Shown piece by piece: positions 1-10,960 of a stretch of DNA of 64,000 nt. The stretch lies in the NCBI RefSeq assembly GCF_002113885.1, contig NW_018405306.1, forward strand, positions 128,161 through 192,160, in the 5' to 3' direction. Under the pieces are notes generated by a model, which did no database searches, was not told where the DNA came from, and saw only the letters and a program-made list of their open reading frames with translations. The DNA is from Mizuhopecten yessoensis. Lineage: Eukaryota. A program made the position numbers and the translations under genes. The stretch's first letter is position 1. Each line of letters begins with the position of its first letter.

Positions 1-998
1 AACTCTGAACAGACAATACTATTGTAATAGAATACTCTCAACACAGATAGTATCTCATGAAAAGATGTTTTCGTTATATCTTCTTGAATTGGCTAGAAAC
101 TGTGTGATTTCATTGAAAATAGGAAAAAGATAAAAATCCATGAAATTGTTTGATAAAAGTAATTCACCAGACTGATAAAGGTCACACGATGCCAAATGGT
201 GTCAATTCTGAATACTTTTCAAATTTGTTGGGACATTTGTATGCCAAGATTAAGGTCAACATCTGAATTAGTCTAGAGGTTCACACTGTCTAAATGTCTA
301 TATATCAGATAATCATTAAGACTGGTCAGAAGATTAAAACCCACAGCCAGAAAAACCTGTAACAGACACATTCTCAACAGTCATTCAAACTCTTAATTGT
401 GTGCGTGTGACATTACCTTTCTTGGAAAAGAAATAACAATATTTGAACAATGTGTTACTTCCTCAGAAAATATTTGTTATCAAATAGATTACCTGCATAT
501 CTTAGGTTCTTATATATCACCTGATTAGTCTAACATCCAGGCCAACAAGTGGTTAATAAATTAAAGTGGTTAATATATGTTGAAATAACTTGTTTCAAAA
601 TTGTTGTAAAATAATTAAAATTTATATCTATAAGTCAAAAGACTTTTTCATGTGCATTTTCTCTAAGATATTAAAACTTTCAATAAATTTGTAAAACTTG
701 CATCTCTAACTTTAAAATATAATGGAGTGCAATGTAAATTGTACAACATTTTTTAATTTTCTATTTTCAAACTTCCCAGCATTCAATGAAAACCATAATT
801 TAGTCTGTAATACATGCACAAAGTAAATTGAGAAAGCATATACTGTATATACCAGAAATTAAATAGTTCTACAGTTCAGCAACCCAAGGCCGAAGGAAAA
901 CATTAATTCAGAGGATTATCAGGGGTAACATTCAATACTATAATTTTACATTGAAACCATTGGGTTTTGCAGAACTATATTGGACATTAAAGACATAC

Positions 999-1115
999 AT
1001 TAAAGTCTGCAGTGGTCAGTATATGTCGGCCATCGGGACTCCATCGGACATCACAAAGTCCTGCTGACCCTTCATCTACTTTACAATTCCACTCAGGCTG
1101 TTCAAGTGACCAGAC
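999..1115 (-). CDS. WRAP73: WRAP73 coding exon 4 ([39 protein letters not shown]); the gene continues beyond the left edge
   Basis: tttaag acceptor, gtatgt donor, 39 codons with a WD40-type WSPDG motif. Resembles human [39 protein letters not shown]. Confidence 0.95.
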
Positions 1116-3662
1116 CTTAAAGTAAACAAGAAAAGCACTTCAGCTTAATCTGAGACGAATTCTAAAATTCAAAAGATCAACATTCAAATTATAAAAGTCA
1201 ACACAATCAATCTGTTGATTAGATTTCAAAAATTAATAGAAAAGATATGAAAATTATTAAATAACAAACATTTTCTTTGATATCAAAATATAGTTGACCA
1301 ATTCAAAAACTCAATGAAAATTAAAAACAAAAGAAGAGTTTCATATATAAGCATCTAATGTTCCTTTTAGGCAGTTTAATTGATTGATTTTTTTTTACAT
1401 TTAGAGGTTTCTGTACAACTTACATGTCCTATATCATTAATAAAATAAAGGTTTGATTTTTAACATAAATGAAACAATTCACAAATTTCACAGCATAAAA
1501 AAAAATATTTTAACTTTGTCCTATAAAAAATTAACACAGCTCACATCACATATATATTTTTTGTATCCCAATGTAATAATTTCAATGGTACAATAAAATT
1601 TGTGAGCACTAATCCTGATTAATATAAATATCCCTCATTTACTGTTTCATTCTTACACCTTATCTGGGAGAAACACTTAATTGCTACACATGTACATAGC
1701 GTTGAATTCCAATTACACAATACCGGAATTAATTTTGGTACCTTGCATCAAGGGCAGGGCTAATCTCCTTATCTCCTTAATATCTCATCTTTTGTCAATT
1801 TGTTCTGTATTGAAATATCAGGTGAGTATTGTCACCTGTCAGCAGGTGACAGGTAAGTCACAGGTACCTTACCTGGGAATACAATAGGGCCAGTATTGTC
1901 CCTAATCAGGTGTACAAGATGGTTGAGGGGTGTTAACCTACATCAAAGTAAGAGTAGGTAGTCCTGCATAACAGGGGGTCATTAAGCCTTGTTTACTACC
2001 TACCTAGGTAGTTTAACCCAGGTAAGACAAAATGATAGAGTGATTAGGACTACTACCTGAGCAGATTTACCTGTAATCAGATGTGTGAGACTCAGGTGAT
2101 CAAGAAAGGTAACACAAAATGAAAAGTTTGTAATCTGTTACAGATTATATCTATGGAAGTATGATAATGATTGGTGGTGGGGGACAGGGAAAACAAGGTT
2201 ACATCAAACACGGACCTGGGGACAGGGGGTCCTACATCAGACAGAGTCAGAGATTGGTGGTCACACCTAATTACAGTCTTATCAGTAGATCACAACAACA
2301 AGTGAAATTACAGGTGATTTATTTTCACAAAAAAATAACAATTTTAAAACATATTTATATTTTTTTTCCAACTCTTTAATTTCCACAAAGGCTTGTGCCT
2401 TGTCATTTTAGGAAAATATTCTACACCAAAAGCATATTTTGGGAGAAACAAAGCAGTTTTTGATTTTAGGAAAATCTGCAGACATTTTTCTTTAAAGTAT
2501 TCACTGATATTGTCTAATGGATATAAAATCTTACTTGAAATGTGTTGCTAATAGTATAAAGCTATCATATGTTGGCTGTATAAAGCTATCATATGTTGGC
2601 TGTTGTTACATTAAAGATGTGTTACGTAAGGTATGGATTTCTCTTTTACAAATCAGAAATTACAAAACAATTTTCCTTTTATGATATTTAATGTTAACTT
2701 TCGACAATCCATTAAAAAAATGCAAAAAATTTAAGAAGGATCTCTCATGTACGACTTGATAACTTCAGTTTGTCCTAAGCCAGCTCAAAATTACAGACTT
2801 TTCCTTGCAAGATAATTCTTTAGAGGAAGCAAGTTTTCTGTTGACAGAACTTAAAGCTAAATCTAGGGCAAATTAAAATATGAAATAGCTGTACAGTGTT
2901 ATCATCTCTATGGTGAAGGCCATATTCTAAACAAGAATTAAGCAGCATACCAACACATTAAATTTGTCACTAGGCAACTCAATCCTCTCTGTAGATTATC
3001 TGTGTATAGTAAGGAGGTCAACCAGTAATCATTTCACTGCAAATTTACCAGTATAAACTCAGATAAAGTGGTTTGGTGAGAGCTGAGGCCATATGTGGTG
3101 TGGGAATAAGAGGTTTGGTGGGAGCAAATCAAAATCGGCTGATTTCCAATATATCAAAAGTTTGACTTCTTCGTGATGAAATACATTTAATTTAATCCAT
3201 CATGTTATTTCCACATCAATCAGTGAATATTCAATACACAATGCAAATGCAACAATACTTTTCTATTATTCGAAAAATATCACAAAATACATTCTGTACC
3301 TCTAATTTCAAAAATTTCTCCAAAAAATTCAGTCTTGCACCTCCTATTCTTTCATCTCATCTCATAACATAATATCTCATTCTATTATTTTTTTTTTATA
3401 CATTTGTCATATATGTCAAGTATAGGAAAATCAAATACGCTAAAAGGGTGGAGGCAAGGCAAATATTCCGACCAAAAATGGCAAATAAAAATTTCTGATA
3501 AAAGTTCCCATAGAAAACCTAGACTGCATACACAGAGGACACATTCTACATGTGGTATAGCAGTCTATACTACTCAACTTAGCTATCCAGGGCACCATTA
3601 AATGGCTGAATTAAAATAGTGATGACATAATTATTTATATATTCTTGGATTTTGAAACCTAC

Positions 3663-3719
3663 CTGCACAATTCCTCTCTTGTACAACCCACAAAGGATGA
3701 ACTGGGAATCTGCTGACCA
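3663..3719 (-). CDS. WRAP73: WRAP73 coding exon 3 (WSADSQFILCGLYKRGIVQ)
   Basis: ttgtag acceptor, gtaggt donor, phase 0-0. Resembles human WSADSLFILCAMYKRGLVQ. Confidence 0.95.
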
Positions 3720-4152
3720 CTACAAATATGGGGGAAAATGTTTTCATCATCATCATCAACAACAACAGCAGCAGCTCAGGTCAAAAATACAATACTCTAG
3801 CTCATAATCCTATTTGATAAGAAGTACCGGCTGCAAATTGTCAATATTCATTGAAAATCTTATTATCGAACATCACCAGAAAGGAAGAAGTGAAATTGTC
3901 ATTTCTGATACCACTTTGTGAGCATTCCTATCCAAGAACATGCAATATCACACTTAGCTCTGCATTGTACAAAGCTTTAATTTATAAAATATATTTTTTC
4001 TTCCATGTTTTTATTTTTTCATTTGTCAATCAGATGAAATGTTTATACTTTAGTGACGTTTGATCTCTATTAAAAACGACATTTTATGTTATGTCTTTAC
4101 ATTTCCAGCGACTCAAATCTATACTAATTCTCGAAATGTCAGCACCTATTAC

Positions 4153-4248
4153 CTCTATAACTTGTATAGTGTCCAAACAGCTGAAGAGATTCTGTATCTG
4201 AAACGTCTCCACATCCCGCACGATCAACCGAAACTCTGTCACAGACGC
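4153..4248 (-). CDS. WRAP73: WRAP73 coding exon 2 (ASVTEFRLIVRDVETFQIQNLFSCLDTIQVIE)
   Basis: tttcag acceptor, gtaata donor, phase 0-0, lies inside ORF 4084..4341. Resembles human [32 protein letters not shown]. Confidence 0.95.
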
Positions 4249-7200
4249 CTGAAACATCCAACATATAAACCTATTAGACTCAACCAAAGTAATAGCAAAA
4301 GTGTGATCAATATAATTTGCCAAATTTCGAAAACAACTCATTGCATTGTCAATCTACAAACTTTTTATCATTAACAATAACATCAGAACATTTAACAATA
4401 ATCTTCTATATACTGTAGCACCAGGAGGGCACTAGAACTTCAGTCAGCTTTTCGTAGAAACTGCTTATATTTCAAACTATCTTTGAACGATATCAAGATA
4501 GGACAATAGAAATATACAATTTAAAAAAAAGCCTGTACAATTTTGACAAGGTGTGTCTTGTTAATCAAGTTTTGAAATTTTATTTTTTTTTACCAAAATC
4601 TATTGCAATATATATGGTAATTTGGATTACTTTATTACAGAACATGAGATTTGTTTTGAGACAATGTTTTGAAATTTCCTGTTTTCTTTATAATTAATTC
4701 ATTTGAGTTTCATATTATAAATTTAAATAGAACTTTTCAGAAAAAATGAACATATACTTGACTGATTTACTTGAAAATCAGATTAAAAATCCATATTTTG
4801 ATCCTTTAAATTTATTTAATAAACATGTAGATGAAGCAACATGTCTAAACAGATGAATAAAATAACATAACACATGTAGATCAAATTTTGTCAACATTCT
4901 CTTGTTCAATAAAAATCATAAACCTTGATATTTTGCTAAAAGACATTCTAACTTGTTTTTCAATTATCTTCAAATTAAACTTTAAAATGAAACTTTATAG
5001 GCAGCAAAATTAAATTTTTAGGCTTTGCTTAAAGTTTTTTTTGTCTTGTTAAGAAATTGTTGATTTTTAGACACATGCATTCAAAGGTGATATAATTCAT
5101 ATACATAATATGTAAAAAGGTTCAGTTGTTGGCGATACCCAATGTCAGTGTGAAGCATTTCAAGTTACATCACCGTCATGATAGCACCTGATCTTACTAT
5201 GTGTTGCATTCAAAATTGTAATTACACACAGCTTCAACCTGTTATGTTAGTCTGGAGACGTACCGAGCTATATGATAATTTTATGCTAATAACTTGCAGT
5301 ATGTAAATCGTAAATATAGCGACATCAGAGGAAAGCACTTCAAAATCTTGCAGCCCTAATCATTGCAATAATGTCTACAGTTTTGATATCATATTTCTTT
5401 TTGATTGTTTGGAAGTTCTTTTTTACATATATAGAATAAATCACATCCTTCAAAATTACGATAATCAAATTAAAATTAGGTTGTTGTTTTTTCATGTTAA
5501 AATGTTTTTTTTGCTCTTTTGTATTACCATCATCGTCTTCTAGATATGCAGAGAATATTTTTCTCTTTGGCGTGTTAAATGAAGAGGAATCTACAAAGAC
5601 GGTTTTAAGTCCCTTAAAGACTAATATTACTAGCATGGTTAACAAAGCTTGATTTACCTAATCTATAATTCATACCTTGTGCAGTATTTACATTTTTTCA
5701 AATACTATACAGTTGATGTGCATTGTTTGATTGAAATGTTTGGACAGTAGCATATGGTGTATCAGATCTTATAATATACGATTACTTATTACATTCATTC
5801 AACTCTCTCAGTATAAATGTTAACAGTAAACAGTTACACTATTTTTCATTTTTACACTTTTTCATTTAGTGTTTTTTATACTGCTACCGTTTGTAAGCGA
5901 AGCAAACGTTTGGTGGTACAGTATAAAGGCAATATATATGTTTATCATATGGCAGGAGACAAATTGGGAAATTTAAGAAAATATACAATTAAAGGTACTT
6001 ATAACATTCATCCGACTCTTTCAGTTAAGATTTTAGACATTTCACCTCTCTTCTATTTTCCTTTTTTACATTTTTTTCATGAAGAGTTTGTTATACTGCC
6101 ACTATCTGCCAAGAGAAAATTTGGCAATATTAAGGTGTTTTGCACTGTTTGGCAGGACACATAACTTTAAGGGAACTTGAAATAAGAAAACTGAGGCACG
6201 AAGTGTTGGCAGTAAGACAATGGTAAATGGAACAAGGGCATTAATATTTACTAAATTTTCTAATCTCATAAATTTCATTGATTATAGATTAAATTAAAAT
6301 CCAACTACATTAATTAGCTAATAAGTGCCACAAATTTAAATTCAATTGGATTGATAATTGACATGAAAGATTAGCAATTGACATTAATCTTAGTTCATAT
6401 TTAGTCTTTCATATGGTCTGTCAGAAAAGAAGGTTTCTGTATAAGGCATAAACTTTCTGACAACATAGAAAGAAAAAAAACAGGCACTTTTCCTTCAACT
6501 GTTTGAAATCACAAATCGTCAAGAATGTATAACTGTCACTAAATTCCATGTAGTTTATGACATCCATTTTAAAAACATAACATTCAAAGAGTAACACTTA
6601 GTTTTTGTTCAAGTAATGGCCTCTTTATATACATAAACATCAATTTATAAAAATCTTTCCCAATTTATCCCCTTTCGCTTTGGTAATAGGCTTAAATATG
6701 TATGCAAGTTGAACTTAGGTAAACACATGCATTGTGAAAGTTGCAGAGAAGTGAGTTTTACAGATTTAATCTACTTACAATAGATTTACCTAGTTTACTC
6801 TGACATGCCTTACACAGTATTACATCTAAATAGCTCCAATGTAATGGATTACGTCATAAGCCCTTGTTGTTTTCAGAGCACTAATGTATTTATTAAATAT
6901 TATCATTAATTTTTTGTCTACATAAAATTCTACCTATTGGAGAATGTTAAGAAAAACATGTACCTGAAAAGGTGTTTCCCTAAAGTTTGACATCGACCTT
7001 GTTATTTTGTGGTATTATTACATAATGTAGGCATTTCACCCCAACAGTTCATGGGAGGTATTTTATTGACAAATACTTATGATATATGTTGAATGGCTTT
7101 TGTTTTTCTAAGATATTACATGAGGGTATATCTCTTTTTTTTACACATGTAATAAAAGTTTTTTCAGACATAGAACACCATAATATTCACAACCTTAACA

Positions 7201-8688
7201 CCTACTTAGTTACGCAATGCCATGAAGCATTTTCACAGCAATGTGATGTATTAATCACAACACCATGCTCATTGGATTTTATACTGAAAAAATGTCCATC
7301 AATTTATAGCACTATAACAATCCCTAAAAATCTTTATGGCATGTAGATAAATTCTTTAATAAAATATGAACATAACAGTTCGTAGGGTTTTGCATTTATT
7401 TTAATGTGTATAGTTGCAAGAAGGGAGGCAAATCTTAAACAGCAGTTCTATGTCAATAAAGCAAAATAAATCAGTGACTTTCCTCAATACTGGAATATGA
7501 ACTATCTAGCATTAAAGGTCGAGGAAAGTTAGTGAAATGACGGACACATTTTAAATCATATCTATTGCTTATTTTATGCTCAGAATTCAAACTTTATGAG
7601 CACACATTAAACATATATGCCCGGTGCATGATTATTTATACAATTGACACTTTTTACATTTATCTACTACAAAAAAAAATCAATTTTATTTATTTCATCA
7701 ACAATTTAACATAAAGGTTGGTTCATCAAGTTGTTATACCACTTATAATTTGAATTTTTTTTTAACATGACAACAAACCTTTTTTAAGACAAATCAGCTA
7801 GACCACGATAAAATTTCCATTCTGTACCATCGCAATCGTCCAACATCAAAAAATGGTCTAGTCTAATATCATTTCATTGACATAAATTTATCGACCGACA
7901 AAATGTAGTTTCAAATTCAATATTCTATTTAACATACAACTGTAAAAGTTTCACTTCACCTAATGTTTTTAAAATAACATGAAAGTACTAGCCTTTTTGG
8001 AAGTGATGTAGTCAGTTATAAAATTGGTTCTACATAAAAATATATGACAAAATATTCAATTTTTGCCTTTTTTGATAGTTCCTAACAAGAATTATGTGAT
8101 CACTGATATTCACTCATTTTTTTATTTTAATTCACTTATCATTACCTCCAGCTGAATAACTAATCTAGGTACAGTTTTTTCAACACCACATATGTAGGTA
8201 GCTACTAACTTGATCTGAGACATGATGACAGATGTACAAGTTATTGTTAATGGCTTTGTAAACAAAATATAGGGCCATGGATGTGTTGATAGAATGTTAA
8301 TAGAACAGTTTGGAGAATATCAAACTGGCATTAAAATGTCATTAAAACCCTAACTGTTACAATACAATAACTGGTCCACATCAATAGCGGAAACTGCAGA
8401 ACTTCACTTTAATAAAAACAACTTTTATTACAATGTGTGATGCACCAATAGGTATATATAACAAGGTTACAACTACTGTAGGCCTACTTTACAGTTAAAC
8501 AGTATATATATAATCTAAGGCGTATATGATTTTAATGGTAAGAAAGGCATATGTACTGATGATAACCACTAAAATCTACATATTATTACACGAAAATACA
8601 TTAGTTTGACAGTATCATGAATTGTCATGATACATCTTAAAAGAAAACTACCTCAGTCTACTAAGAATCTAGTGACATGTTTCCTTAC

Positions 8689-8757
8689 CAAGTATTTCCC
8701 ATCGGGCGAAAACTTGCAGAGTTGATTGGTTTGTCGAAACAGCTCAGAAAAATTCAT
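8689..8757 (-). CDS. WRAP73: WRAP73/WDR8 coding exon 1 ([23 protein letters not shown])
   Basis: ATG at 8757 on the - strand, 23 codons, donor TTG|gtaagg. Matches the recalled human WRAP73 N-terminus [23 protein letters not shown]. Confidence 0.95.
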
Positions 8758-9190
8758 CTTCTCCTAACTCAGCTAACATGTATACTAAATCGAGAATTGA
8801 ACAAGCCAACAGACTAAGCAACGAGTAAAGACACAATATACATTTTAAATGTCAAATAGCAAGTGTCAACATGCGGATACCGCCATTTTGAATTCAGCGC
8901 CAAAACAATCGCCGCATGCCTGTTATTTCTTACTAAATATGCATTTTAAAATTGTTTAAAACTGCAGACCCGGCTATTTTCTTCTGTCAAACAAATGTCA
9001 AATTGTTGTTTGGGTCGCAAACCTGTCAGGCGTGTCGTAAACAATAGATTGTTTGCAATGTTTTCATAAGTGAACCAACTCCTAGTAGGGGTGCCCCTTT
9101 CAACGCACCGGTGGCTCGCTGATTGGTCAGTTAATCAACAGAGCCCTGGATTAGGTTATAAAGCAGCTTCTATGGCCGGTTAGAGCCATC
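8758..9190. promoter_or_regulatory. Shared bidirectional promoter between WRAP73 (-) and the p53-family gene (+)
   Basis: YY1-type motif CCGCCATTTT at 8880-8889 (AAAATGGCGG on the WRAP73 strand), inverted CCAAT (GATTGG 9121-9126), TATAAAG at 9157-9163 facing +, and locally raised CpG content. Confidence 0.7.
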
Positions 9191-9230
9191 GACCACCACT
9201 GTCATTTCGTCTATGGATATAACCCTACTG
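9187..9230 (+). other. p53/p63/p73: Probable 5' leader exon of the TA isoforms of the p53-family gene
   Basis: Begins about 25-30 nt after the TATA box (start inferred) and ends at donor CTG|gtaatg (9231). Contains an upstream ATG at 9213. Confidence 0.5.
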
Positions 9231-10841
9231 GTAATGTTTTAGTTTTTTCATTAACAGTTTATCTTTAATTGTAAACTAACATCAGCAGCGAAGAAATATG
9301 TTGTGACGTGTTTTCCCGCGAACAGTGTTCACCGCCATTGATATTTTGTACCACGTGGTATGCAATGGAGTCTCTTTGAAGTAAGAGGTAGGCTAGTTTG
9401 TGTACATGGGATGTTATAGACGTATCTATATGTGTTTTGGGGCCAACAAATTTCATGCTTCTTCAACGAAGTAACACCTCAACTCATCATCATCGTAAGT
9501 AACTTATTCTAAATATTTTATCGTGTACAGATATGATAAATTCCAAGTAAACTGTCACAACTTCACACGGGACACGCATGGTATCCCGAGAAATGTCAAT
9601 GGCGGATGGGTTTTCAGAATTTGTATGTCGGTCGTTCATAATTTACGACTCTTATATCCATGTTCACCTTTAATTTGAAATGCATCTGACATTCTGGAAA
9701 TTGTTGGGAAAGGACACATGTAATCGGGAAAACATAAGTTGATTGACTATGTGCTAACTGTTGGATTTTATTTTGTAAACAAAGACTCTTCGGATGTTTG
9801 ACGGAGATATCTTTACCGTTAGCAATTCGTTATCAAATGTATAACGAAGGTTTGTGCTTACTCTATTAATTTAGTTTTATTCATATCATATTCTTGATTT
9901 GAATTTGCATGAATGGATTCATTGACGTAATTGCAAGTTGCATCATATTTATTTTTGCACACTTGTTTATTTTTTGGGTAATTTCCTTCAATGTATTTTT
10001 CTGCTCGAGTTTTATCAATTTACAGTAACTATAAATCATTTATTTTCGCCGTTATATATTTTTAACAAGCATTTTCAATACGGTCTTTTGAATAAATATG
10101 TGTATAAATTAATATTTTAATTAATTGGTAATAAGATAATAAAAAAACACAAAAAAATAAATAAAGTAAGGTGATGATTGAAGATGATATTTTTATAAAA
10201 ATCATTTAAATAGATAAATGTGTATCAGTTAAACCAGTATGTTATAACATGGTTACACAAATGGCTATAATTTGAGGTAGATTTGATCACTTGTATCAGT
10301 TATATTTTACCCTTTGACTTGCTTTGTGGGAATTTAGGGCTAGCCTTTAAAGTTCGGTAATCAGTTGACACTAGAGCCCTTGTGTCAATTTCAATACCTG
10401 TTGGGTATTTTTAAGTCAGTTTCTATGCCTATGTAAAGTAGAAACTAAATCCAGTCATGCATGACATAGCAGTTATTGGTAGCTAGGTCAGGTTTCTTTA
10501 ACAAATTCTGAGTATCAACAATGACATCACCGGGGCAACGTGATATACACACCGTACAAAGAAAATTGAATTCAATAGATATATATTGAGTGTAGGAAAT
10601 TCTGAATATCAACGGCAACACCAGAAAACCAATATTTGGATAAGACTTTTATTGAAGCCTTGGAGGTTCACCAGGAAAATGTAAAAAATTCCATGGATAG
10701 AGGTACTACCATTTCTAGATTTGTGCCATAACTAGAAGATGAAATACTGGATTAAAAGTAAAATTCAAATGGAAGTTAGCTAGTATGTGATGAATTTCTT
10801 TCTTTTGCAGATTCAGTAAATTCATTCATCGTCACCCTGTC

Positions 10842-10960
10842 ATGTCCCAGCTGTCTACTGCTAGTACAACAACTACTAACGGTACACCCTCTGGCCCACC
10901 AATGTCTCAAGAAACATTTGAATACCTGTGGAACACACTAGGAGAAGTCACAGAAAATGG
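10842..10960 (+). CDS. p53/p63/p73: TA exon: transactivation domain ([40 protein letters not shown])
   Basis: Acceptor ttgcag ends at 10810, ATG at 10842, donor gtaagt at 10961. Has the SQETF motif and the MDM2-binding FxxxWxxL. Confidence 0.95.

Noticed and set aside
270-356. Minus-strand acceptor-like site at about 357 as WRAP73 exon 5
   Set aside because: It does not encode the expected next segment (LRITVWSL-like); that exon probably lies left of the window.
5340-6164. 101-aa and 115-aa ORFs in WRAP73 intron 1
   Set aside because: Low-complexity AT-rich composition with no recognisable domain.
8689-8757. WRAP53 as the identity of the divergent WD40 gene
   Set aside because: The peptide matches the recalled WRAP73/WDR8 N-terminus, not WRAP53/TCAB1.
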